Below the pieces are notes generated by a model. That model did not search any database. It saw nothing but the letters and a program-made list of their open reading frames with translations, and was not told the origin of the DNA. From a virus (taxonomy: Duplodnaviria; Caudoviricetes): a stretch of DNA of 64,000 bases. The position numbers and the translations under genes are program-made. Within the stretch, counting starts at the first letter, position 1, and the number at the start of each line of letters is the position of its first letter. Of this stretch, positions 1 to 7,974 are shown in pieces. The stretch lies in the IMG/VR virus record IMGVR_UViG_3300043010_000145; one strand, 5' to 3'.

Positions 1-19
1 TAGAAATGAGGACACTCCC

Positions 20-475
20 GTGAAAAATTTTTGGAAAATCCTGATTGCCATAATCGTTCTAGTATTAGTATTTGTATTTACTGTCTGGACACCGCTGTTT
101 CATCAAGATAAAGTTGTTAATACAACCAATCACAGCATGTATGTAATTGTAAAGATTGATGATGCAGAAGAATTAACAGACAACTGGCTGGAATTATCGG
201 ACGGCAGATATGTGTATGCACAGAACGGACAGCCTTGGCAAGTAGCATCGGATGAAGAAGTAGATATTACCAAAGTATCTCTTGCAGGCACTACATCTTC
301 ATACACGGTATACGGTATGAAAGACTATGAGGAAACGGATATTATCCACAATGACGAAACCGAAATCGAATACTCTAAGGAGTTTGGTAAGCGAGTTACC
401 ACTTATAAAATTGTAGAATCTAATTCCCTTACTTTTGGCAAGAATGCTACCGAAACAGATTCCGCCGATGACTAA
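20..475 (+). CDS. Hypothetical N-terminally membrane-anchored acidic protein
   Basis: GAGG RBS before GTG; N-terminal basic + hydrophobic helix; followed by terminator. Confidence 0.75.
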   Translation: MKNFWKILIAIIVLVLVFVFTVWTPLFHQDKVVNTTNHSMYVIVKIDDAEELTDNWLELSDGRYVYAQNGQPWQVASDEEVDITKVSLAGTTSSYTVYGMKDYEETDIIHNDETEIEYSKEFGKRVTTYKIVESNSLTFGKNATETDSADD

Positions 476-508
476 AAAAAAGCAAGCAGCTACGCTGCTT
501 GCTTTTTT
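474..508. terminator. Bidirectional intrinsic terminator (ends gene 20-475 and the minus-strand mini-CRISPR transcript)
   Basis: A-run, AGCAAGCAGC-tac-GCTGCTTGCT hairpin, T-run. Confidence 0.85.
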
Positions 509-510
509 CT

Positions 511-633
511 TCTCGGTCTTTTGCCAGTATAGAACAAAGTCAGGAAACATCCCCCGCCCGTGCGGGGCAAATAGGCCTTGTACAGATTGCATACTTTTAG
601 CATAGGAAACATCCCCGCCCGTGCGGGGCTAAT
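511..633 (-). CRISPR. Orphan type I-E-like mini-array 1: repeat (605-633), 32-nt spacer (573-604), repeat (543-572), ~32-nt terminal spacer (511-542) running into the terminator
   Basis: Minus-strand repeats ATTAGCCCCGCACGGGCGGGGATGTTTCC and ATTTGCCCCGCACGGGCGGGGGATGTTTCC have the I-E layout (5 nt + CCCCGC/GCGGGG stem + 8-nt handle) and a 32-nt spacer; no cas genes in window. Confidence 0.85.
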
Positions 634-653
634 AAATTCCACTGGCAACTAAA

Positions 654-794
654 CAAGTAAAGCATTGCAGTAAACGTGCACTTTTACTGACCTATATCAT
701 TTGCTAGCTTTAAATGATGTAGGATTTCCCTGCATATGCTCACTTGATTGTTTCTTGCATAAGCAACATAATGTATAATGCTTTTACTTGTATG
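654..794 (-). ncRNA. Conserved structured leader RNA, copy 1, upstream of mini-array 1
   Basis: Homologous to 39725-39868; closing stem CAAGUAAAAGCAUU/AAUGCUUUACUUG enclosing three hairpins and a degenerate repeat GTGAGCATATGCAGGGAAATCC. Confidence 0.7.
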
Positions 795-799
795 ATTAA

Positions 800-827
800 A
801 GTATACCACTAAAATTACAATAAGCAA
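800..827 (-). promoter_or_regulatory. sigmaA-type promoter for leader RNA/mini-array 1
   Basis: TTGCTT-16 nt-TATACT with extended TG; GTGGTATACTTTAA shared with the promoter at 39690-39718. Confidence 0.7.
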
Positions 828-900
828 GAAGAATATGAAAGTTTAGCTAAATTTTTTCAGTACATTTTAAGCAAAAGCACAGTTTTCAACTGTACTCCTT
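824..900. repeat. ~77-bp direct repeat, copy A (minus-strand terminator + start of -35 region)
   Basis: GCAAGAAGAATATGAAAGTTTAGCTAAATTTTTTCAGTACATTTTAAGCAAAAGCACAGTTTTCAACTGT nearly identical to 1548-1625. Confidence 0.9.
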
Positions 901-998
901 TTCTTCTTTCTTTTTTCTCTCTTTGCTCTCTTTTACAGTACTCTATTTTTGTACCGAATGCAATTTTACAAAAAAAGACCTTATCCTAGTCGATAAGA

Positions 999-1496
999 TT
1001 AGTTCAAATAATAAGCATCAGATACTTCTTTAACGATTTCTCGTACAGATTGCATACTTTTCGTGTAGCTATACGGATTATGCACCAAGCTGAAACTCTG
1101 CTTTCCGTGTAGTTTTAAGGTATGCCCAACCATTTTCTCTAAGGTTTTTCTTTCCTTTTGCATACCGTTGTCATCACCATACAACACATCTTCTTTTACA
1201 GCTTGCATGGTTTTCTCAAAGTACTTTGCATTTTCAGCTTGCTGAAAATGTTCTTCTAATGTAAGAAGTTTTGCAAAACCTTTCTCTAAATGTATGAGCT
1301 GTCCTTTGAGAACTTTTGCGGCTGCTTCATTCAGATTGGTTAAATCGTAACTTCCGCTAGTTTCTTTGTAAACTCCTTCGTATTGCTCCTTGCTTACATT
1401 TCTATTTACAGGCAAGAAATAGCGGCCAGTAGTAGTTTCCAGAACGACTTTAATGGGGTATTGTTCTTCAATTTCTTTTGTAGTAGTTAGCATCAA
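999..1496 (-). CDS. Hypothetical protein (165 aa); its 3' end is matched by the mini-array 1 spacer
   Basis: GAAAGGAG RBS; flanked by the 77-bp direct repeats. Confidence 0.8.
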   Translation of the reverse strand: MMLTTTKEIEEQYPIKVVLETTTGRYFLPVNRNVSKEQYEGVYKETSGSYDLTNLNEAAAKVLKGQLIHLEKGFAKLLTLEEHFQQAENAKYFEKTMQAVKEDVLYGDDNGMQKERKTLEKMVGHTLKLHGKQSFSLVHNPYSYTKSMQSVREIVKEVSDAYYLN

Positions 1497-1547
1497 ATTC
1501 CTCTAACTCCTTTCTTTAAGTAATAATAAACTAATTACATATAATAT

Positions 1548-1625
1548 GCAAGAAGAATATTAAAGTTTAGCTAAATTTTTCAGTACATTTTAAGCAAAAA
1601 GCACAGTTTTTCAACTGTGCTTCTT
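1548..1625. repeat. ~77-bp direct repeat, copy B
   Basis: Matches 824-900; contains AAGCACAGTT/AACTGTGCTT hairpin. Confidence 0.9.
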
Positions 1626-1655
1626 CCTATATTTCTATTCTTCCGTTCTTTTATC

Positions 1656-1895
1656 TTATGTGTTCTTCACTTTTCGAATCTTCTTAATATCAATACCATT
1701 GATACAGAAACCATACTGATTGCTTAAAGAATCTACAATATCATCATAATCATAGTATTGCTCTAATTCTTCTTTGGATTCTGCTTCCAATCGAACTTTT
1801 ACAGTTTCAGGTAATCCTAACTCCTTAGAAGACATTTCTTCTTCATAATCTTCGGATGTATCCCAATCAACATATAATGTTACATCGTATTCTAT
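1656..1895 (-). CDS. Small acidic phage/plasmid-type protein (79 aa; VDWD...LPETV...LSNQYGFC), ATA at the expected start position; absent from ORF track
   Basis: Manual translation gives an 80-codon open frame downstream of AAGGAG; motif pattern recalls small acidic MGE proteins. Confidence 0.6.
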   Translation of the reverse strand: MEYDVTLYVDWDTSEDYEEEMSSKELGLPETVKVRLEAESKEELEQYYDYDDIVDSLSNQYGFCINGIDIKKIRKVKNT

Positions 1896-2025
1896 ATATC
1901 TTTTCTTTACTCCTTCCTTTCACTTTTTCTTATCCTTCCTCTTTCTTCTACCGCCTTTATCCTTTCAGAAAATCAACGGATACTCGCACAAAATAAAGAA
2001 AACACATATACCTTTCGAAAGTGAG

Positions 2026-4182
2026 GTGCATGGTAAATTGTTTGTCATAAGTATATTGTGCGGTATTATCGCTATAATATTAACTTTAATTTCTTGGTCA
2101 CTTCGACTTCTTGCATCAGGAGTAAAGATTACGAATAATGTTATTCGTTATAAAAGACATAAATATGCACAACGTGATACACTGGATGATGTTGTAGATG
2201 GCACATCAGCACTTATTAAATTGTTTTCAAAGATAATTCTAATTTTCCGAAACATATTAGCAGGAATCGCAGGTTTTGGTGGTACCTTGACAACTTTAGT
2301 TGTATTGCTTGTTGTGGCTGCCGTATCTGCTTATAGTGTCGTTCTAGCAGATGACTTGCAGACCGCCGTGGATTCCACCAGTGATACGTCAGATACCTGC
2401 TCTAATGCTAAGGCAGTAGGAGGGTATTGGGAAGAGCTAGACGTTTGCTATACAAAAGATGACGTACAAAAAATAAATACACCATTAGAGGATATATCTT
2501 TAACAACTAGTGACCAGTATAAATTGATACATGAAGACCCGAATTTTTCCGTGGATGAGTATGGTTTAGCTAGATTATATGATGAAGATTTAGACATTTA
2601 TTTTTTTGGAATTGCATGGAGTTATACGTATAATGCAGGTATTGGAGAAAAATACAGGGTTACTTTGGAAAAAGAGGACGGTTCCACAAATTATGTATAT
2701 GTGTTTATGCTTGATTTACGCAGAATGGAAGATTCTAGACCGGATGATAATGAAAAGTATAAATGGTGCTATAACAAGTATAGTGCTATAATGGAATTTT
2801 ATGTTGACAGAGCTACATATTATAAAAACTTTCCGGAAGTAGTAAATGACCCATCTAAGGATTTAACACAAATCAATTACGAGAGGGATATTGATGAAGA
2901 CCATATGTTTGCAGGCCCTATTGTTAAAATAGAACATTATTTAGGTATAGATGGTTCAGGTGACTCATTGGATGATATTCGTAAGGGCAATACAGAGTTC
3001 AACCGTGTAGAAGCAGAAGTTATTAAGTCTAAATATGCAGACGGAAAAACAACAAAGTCTACAAGTAAGAGTTGCGAGAAGTCTAGTACTATTAATTCAG
3101 TTGACGGCAGAATTATTTGGGTTGGGGATTCTAGAACAGTTGGTCTAGAGTCTGGCTGTAAATATAATGGTCAATGGGATGATGATAAAGATATTGCATT
3201 TGGTATAATTAGTGGTACTTATTCTTCATTTACAGGGGACCTACCCAATATTAATGCCATATTAGAATCTGGTGATACTATTGTTATAAATTATGGCGTA
3301 AATGACTTATGGGATGCTGATTTGTATATCGAGAAATTAAATGAATTAGCAGAAGGTGATTGGAAAGGTCATGATATCATTTTTATGTCTGTAAATCCTC
3401 TGGTGTATGATTTGTATAAAGCGAATTACACCGCGAGTACGTATACGGAGAATAGTGTTGCTGATTTTAATGAGCAGATGAAAGAAGGCTTAGCTAGTAG
3501 TATTACTTATTTAGATACATATACCTATATAAATGAAGATATTGCTGATATTTCTAGAATAGAAGCAAAAGATGGTTTGCATTGGAGTACAGCTTCCAAT
3601 GAAGATGGTGAGTACCCTTACCAAGTCTACGGCTATCTCTACGATGCTGTCCGAGCAGGCAAAGGTACGGTTGTTACCCGTGGTGTAGATAATATCAACA
3701 TTGATTTCAGCAATCGTTTCTACACTTATAACACAGATGGTGTTTACGGTTCTCCATCTGGACAAACTGTAACAGGTACAGCAACATTACCAGAATCTTA
3801 TTCCAGTACGGCATATGCATCAGGCAGAGCTTGGGAAGTTTTAAATTATGAAGGAACAGACCCAATGCCAACGAAATGGGTGCAGCAAGCATTAGATAAC
3901 CAAGAGTTATCTTGGTCAGACGGTTCTGCATGGGACGGTGAAGTATCTTTAACAACACCATTATATAATTCGATTCTCTTATATACTGTAGATGGTGAAG
4001 CACATGCTGCTTTCGTGGAAAATATAGTTGGTGGTTCCAATATACTTCTTTCTTGGACTTCAGAAAAAGAAGAAGTTGGTTACGGTTTCAACAACAAATG
4101 GTATGATTCCGTAGATGATTTTCTTAAAGAACAAAATGGAACATTGGTTTGCTATCTGAAGCCAAATGAAGATGGTAGGTGA
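2026..4182 (+). CDS. Membrane-anchored multi-domain cell-wall hydrolase of conjugation cluster (VirB1-like role): lysin-like domain + SGNH hydrolase + degenerate CHAP
   Basis: N-terminal TM helices; WVGDSRT, NYGVNDL, DGLHW (SGNH blocks); STAYASGRAWE...HAAFVE resembles CHAP with Cys replaced by Ser. Confidence 0.6.
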   Translation: MHGKLFVISILCGIIAIILTLISWSLRLLASGVKITNNVIRYKRHKYAQRDTLDDVVDGTSALIKLFSKIILIFRNILAGIAGFGGTLTTLVVLLVVAAVSAYSVVLADDLQTAVDSTSDTSDTCSNAKAVGGYWEELDVCYTKDDVQKINTPLEDISLTTSDQYKLIHEDPNFSVDEYGLARLYDEDLDIYFFGIAWSYTYNAGIGEKYRVTLEKEDGSTNYVYVFMLDLRRMEDSRPDDNEKYKWCYNKYSAIMEFYVDRATYYKNFPEVVNDPSKDLTQINYERDIDEDHMFAGPIVKIEHYLGIDGSGDSLDDIRKGNTEFNRVEAEVIKSKYADGKTTKSTSKSCEKSSTINSVDGRIIWVGDSRTVGLESGCKYNGQWDDDKDIAFGIISGTYSSFTGDLPNINAILESGDTIVINYGVNDLWDADLYIEKLNELAEGDWKGHDIIFMSVNPLVYDLYKANYTASTYTENSVADFNEQMKEGLASSITYLDTYTYINEDIADISRIEAKDGLHWSTASNEDGEYPYQVYGYLYDAVRAGKGTVVTRGVDNINIDFSNRFYTYNTDGVYGSPSGQTVTGTATLPESYSSTAYASGRAWEVLNYEGTDPMPTKWVQQALDNQELSWSDGSAWDGEVSLTTPLYNSILLYTVDGEAHAAFVENIVGGSNILLSWTSEKEEVGYGFNNKWYDSVDDFLKEQNGTLVCYLKPNEDGR

Positions 4183-5267
4183 CGTATTTGGCAAGAGATT
4201 ACAGTGGCGTTTTTAAACCAAGACCTGATTCAACTCGTTTGAGTTTACCAATTACAATGGATTACAAAGGTGGCAGAGCAGAGAAAACCAAGAACCGAGT
4301 ATTATGGGTTCTTGGCTGGATAGCAGTTACCTGTGTTATCTGTTTTGGTTTATTAACATCAAAAGATGGAACTTTTTTAGTAAAATTAGTACGAGCAATT
4401 GCGGTATCTTTCATATCAATAACAATACTTCGTTTTGGTTATTTAGATGAGGGGAAACTACGAAATGAGGAAATAAAGCTGCAAGATTCAGATTATCAAG
4501 TAGGAACATATGCCACATGGGGAATCTTAACCGTGCGGGAAAACATTCAAGGAATACCTATTTGTCAGTATAGGAATGGCCGCTCGGGTGTATTCGTTCG
4601 TATGGAAAAGAATGTATTCAAGGGTGATAAATCCGCTTCTAAATTCAGGCATAGGGAAGCAGTTGGAAACTTTTTCAATTTGCTTGCCCGCACACCAGAT
4701 TTGAAAGTTTCTCATATAGATATGATGGATTTTGTTGGTAGTGATGAGCGAATTGACCTAGCTATTGAAAGTACCAAGAAGTGTTCCAACCCATTGTTGA
4801 AGAAATGGGTATATACGATATACAGAAAGCTTAAAGAAGATTCTCAATATGAAATTTATGCCAGCGATATATTTATCTTCACATGGACAGGAAACAATGA
4901 TTTGAATATGCAGACCGTGCAAAATGCATTAGGTTTTTTGCAGCAGAATGCAGGCTATATTGGGTATGAATATATGGGTATGGCTGAGTTAGGTGAGTTG
5001 TACAAAGTATTATTCAATGTTGTAGATTTTGATACAACAAGAGCATGCACCTTGGCACAAGGTGAGATTGGAAATATGGGTATCACACCGTTGAAAGTTA
5101 TACATGGCAACGGCGGTGTAGACGTAATAAATTTAAGCAGAGAAGAAAAATTGCAACAAAGAGATAAAGAATCAATGCGTTCTACACAAGGGTATAACGG
5201 GCCAGTGGATACTATGTATTTACGAGACAAACATCAGGACGATATGCCTGATAGTTTTGAAATTTAA
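4179..5267 (+). CDS. Two-TM conjugation protein (PrgI/TcpE/VirB3-like position)
   Basis: Overlaps previous stop (GTGA); two TM helices then soluble domain; upstream of VirB4-like gene. Confidence 0.5.
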   Translation: MTYLARDYSGVFKPRPDSTRLSLPITMDYKGGRAEKTKNRVLWVLGWIAVTCVICFGLLTSKDGTFLVKLVRAIAVSFISITILRFGYLDEGKLRNEEIKLQDSDYQVGTYATWGILTVRENIQGIPICQYRNGRSGVFVRMEKNVFKGDKSASKFRHREAVGNFFNLLARTPDLKVSHIDMMDFVGSDERIDLAIESTKKCSNPLLKKWVYTIYRKLKEDSQYEIYASDIFIFTWTGNNDLNMQTVQNALGFLQQNAGYIGYEYMGMAELGELYKVLFNVVDFDTTRACTLAQGEIGNMGITPLKVIHGNGGVDVINLSREEKLQQRDKESMRSTQGYNGPVDTMYLRDKHQDDMPDSFEI

Positions 5268-5332
5268 CGTTTAAGTGCAAGTTTGTTGTACTTAAATAGC
5301 TATGCAATCCCTATAGAAAGGAAAATTATACT

Positions 5333-6652
5333 ATGAGAATAATGATATCTTTTGGTAAGAATACTGAAACTATTGTGCAAACACTGGCACATGAGTTGCC
5401 AGGTAATTCATATTATACGTATACAGGCGTAAAAACGTTTATTGAAAGCGACCAAAGCTATAATGAACGTATTGACCGTATTTTGATTGTGCCTGATTTT
5501 TTTAGAAATGTGCAAGTAGAGCTGCAAGAGTTGTATAACTATATTGCAAATGCAAGTTCTGCAACGGAAATTGTTGTGTTTTTAGTCCGTCAACGACAAA
5601 AGGATATGTCATTTATAGATTACTTCAATAATATCTTTATTGGACAGAACTATGCCATTTATTGTTCAGATGGAAATTTAGCAAAAGAAACATTAGTTTC
5701 TTTTGCAAGCAATACAACACTTACAGAGTTAAGAAATCGGTTTGCAGAGTTCATTATTGAGAATCCAATGAATCAAAACCAAAATATGGATAATATGAAC
5801 AATGGAAATCCACAAATGTATCCAAATCAAGTTCCGAATAGTAATATGAATATGGGGAATGTGGGCGTTATGCCTATGGATATGCAGAATCCTATTTCAC
5901 CTTCACAATGGAATTCTGAAATTCCGCAAGGAAACCCACAACCAATGTATAACAATGCACCTATGCCACCTATGCAGGAACAAGATGAGCAGATTTTGCC
6001 TATGGAAATGCAGACAAATCGTAAGGTAGTTATCTTTATTGGTGATTATGCAAGCGATTGGCATTATAATGCTGCTACTCTTGCTTTAACTGCAAATTGC
6101 AACAAAGTACTGATGGTTGATTTAGATGACGAGTATAATTATTTGCTAGGTGCTATCGGAACTGAGAAGTTCTTCAATCAAGGTCAAGAAAAAGGAATTA
6201 CTCGTTTACAGGCATTTGAAGAAGACAGAAAAGTTTCCGTTATGAGTAATGGTTACGGGTATAAAGTTACAAATAGTGACGTGGATAATTTAGTGAATCA
6301 GGTTGTCTTGAATAGCTATGCCAATGAAGATATTTATGACTTATATATTTTTGTATGCCCGCTCCACCGTATGAATTTGTTAAGTACTAAGCTAGTGGAA
6401 AGCAGTGATGTACGATTCATTGTACGTGGTGTACGAGAATCATTATTTGCTTTTGCACATGATTTGACAAATCGAAATATTGTTTCTGGACAGTTGGAAG
6501 ATATGTTATTCCGTAACGGCAGGGTATTTATTGTAACAGATAATGTAACGAACCCTGAAATTTTTGAAGAAGATAAAGCCTTGATGCATAAGTATGTGTA
6601 TTTCCCAAGAAACGATTGGTATTCTAAGTTTGAATATGTTCATAAAGGATAG
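5333..6652 (+). CDS. Hypothetical protein: receiver-like N-terminus, N/M/Q/P-rich linker, degenerate ParA/MinD/CpaE-like C-terminus
   Basis: KVVIFIG...KVLMVDLD without an intact Walker A; low-complexity linker. Confidence 0.45.
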   Translation: MRIMISFGKNTETIVQTLAHELPGNSYYTYTGVKTFIESDQSYNERIDRILIVPDFFRNVQVELQELYNYIANASSATEIVVFLVRQRQKDMSFIDYFNNIFIGQNYAIYCSDGNLAKETLVSFASNTTLTELRNRFAEFIIENPMNQNQNMDNMNNGNPQMYPNQVPNSNMNMGNVGVMPMDMQNPISPSQWNSEIPQGNPQPMYNNAPMPPMQEQDEQILPMEMQTNRKVVIFIGDYASDWHYNAATLALTANCNKVLMVDLDDEYNYLLGAIGTEKFFNQGQEKGITRLQAFEEDRKVSVMSNGYGYKVTNSDVDNLVNQVVLNSYANEDIYDLYIFVCPLHRMNLLSTKLVESSDVRFIVRGVRESLFAFAHDLTNRNIVSGQLEDMLFRNGRVFIVTDNVTNPEIFEEDKALMHKYVYFPRNDWYSKFEYVHKG

Positions 6653-6654
6653 AG

Positions 6655-7929
6655 GTGGTTTCCATGACATTCATTGTAACAACATTGAATAGGGTATATG
6701 GGCCACGATACAAAACATATCAAACAATTGAAGATGCACTCGAGCATATAAATGATGAACCATCCATTGATTTAATCTACCATAGAGCTATTGATGAGGA
6801 AACTGTGCCGTTAAGCAGTATCTTTAACTTAATCAAGAAAGCGAATAGGTGCTGGTATATTCATACAAAGGAAACAATGGATATGCGTATTCGTTTACTT
6901 ATGCATGGAAAAGGCGGAAAGATAATCAGTGATGAACTGTTTCTTGATAATGATACCGCTTTAGCAGATATTGAGAATTATGAAGATGCTGCTGATGGAA
7001 GCCATGATTTGCTTTTAACTATTTGCGATAAAGTAAATGCGGGTTTTACTATTGAAAGAGCTTATGCAATGCTTATAACAGATACTGCAAAAGATTTAAT
7101 TGTTCAAAATCAAACAATTAAAGATGATACAGAAAAGGAATGTAAGGCTGCATTTGATATTGTTAGTGAATTATTAAGTAAGAATTTTACATCACAGCAA
7201 GTTAGTCCACCAAATCAGGAATTTGTGCCAACGAATAATTCCAATACGTCCAATGAACAAGATGTTTATTCTGTTACAGATGTTACTCGCTCACGTATTT
7301 TGCCTGCTAGGGCTGCATATGAAAAGAAGAAATATAGCCTATTTCTAGTAAAAGATTTAGACCGTGTACAATATTTGACTACATTTATGCTTGGTTTGCA
7401 GTTTTATTTAATCAATGTATTAAAAATTAAGACAAGAATTGTTTTTATTGAAAATGTAGGCGAATTAGCCAAGATGAGGTATCCAGAAGGGTATTGGATT
7501 ACGTCTGAAAATCATAATACCGTAAGTATTACAAAAAATAGAGATATTATTCTATTGAATTTTCCAGATACTCGTTTGATTAAAACTATTATAGAAGACC
7601 CGAAATATAGATGTACCGTGATTGTGGATAGAACAACTTATACAACAAGGCATATTGTACAAACAGCTTATGAAAGTTCTGTTTATTATGCAGTACAGGA
7701 GTCTGCCTCTTTAAATATGATAAGACCAACTATTCCGTTAAATCGTGTTATTACCGCTAATGGCTTGATTAAAGATGCGGCTGTAACTGTGCGGTATGAT
7801 TCAGGATTTAGCAATACAAATAATCTTGCTGAAAAATGCTCATATTATATGGGAAGATATGCAAATGAATATAATAAATTAGTGCATGAATGTGGTAGCA
7901 TTAAAGACTATGTAATTGGTTTCAAATAA
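6655..7929 (+). CDS. Hypothetical protein in conjugation cluster
   Basis: Long ORF in operon context. Confidence 0.7.
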   Translation: MVSMTFIVTTLNRVYGPRYKTYQTIEDALEHINDEPSIDLIYHRAIDEETVPLSSIFNLIKKANRCWYIHTKETMDMRIRLLMHGKGGKIISDELFLDNDTALADIENYEDAADGSHDLLLTICDKVNAGFTIERAYAMLITDTAKDLIVQNQTIKDDTEKECKAAFDIVSELLSKNFTSQQVSPPNQEFVPTNNSNTSNEQDVYSVTDVTRSRILPARAAYEKKKYSLFLVKDLDRVQYLTTFMLGLQFYLINVLKIKTRIVFIENVGELAKMRYPEGYWITSENHNTVSITKNRDIILLNFPDTRLIKTIIEDPKYRCTVIVDRTTYTTRHIVQTAYESSVYYAVQESASLNMIRPTIPLNRVITANGLIKDAAVTVRYDSGFSNTNNLAEKCSYYMGRYANEYNKLVHECGSIKDYVIGFK

Positions 7930-7974
7930 TATGGTAGTTTACTACATATGTCTTTTCTGTATTTTAGATAGGAA

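Noticed and set aside
299-592. ORF MQSVQGLF... (and ORF 39912-40154)
   Set aside because: Read-through of CRISPR repeats and spacers; the peptide similarity to neighbouring genes comes from the spacers
640-653. TTTAGTTGCCA between leader RNA 1 and first repeat matches gene 41267-41893 near 41749
   Set aside because: 11-nt match not preceded by a repeat; too weak
654-790. Leader RNA as tRNA, hammerhead/twister/pistol ribozyme or known riboswitch
   Set aside because: Could not find the diagnostic conserved nucleotides by eye; needs an Rfam scan
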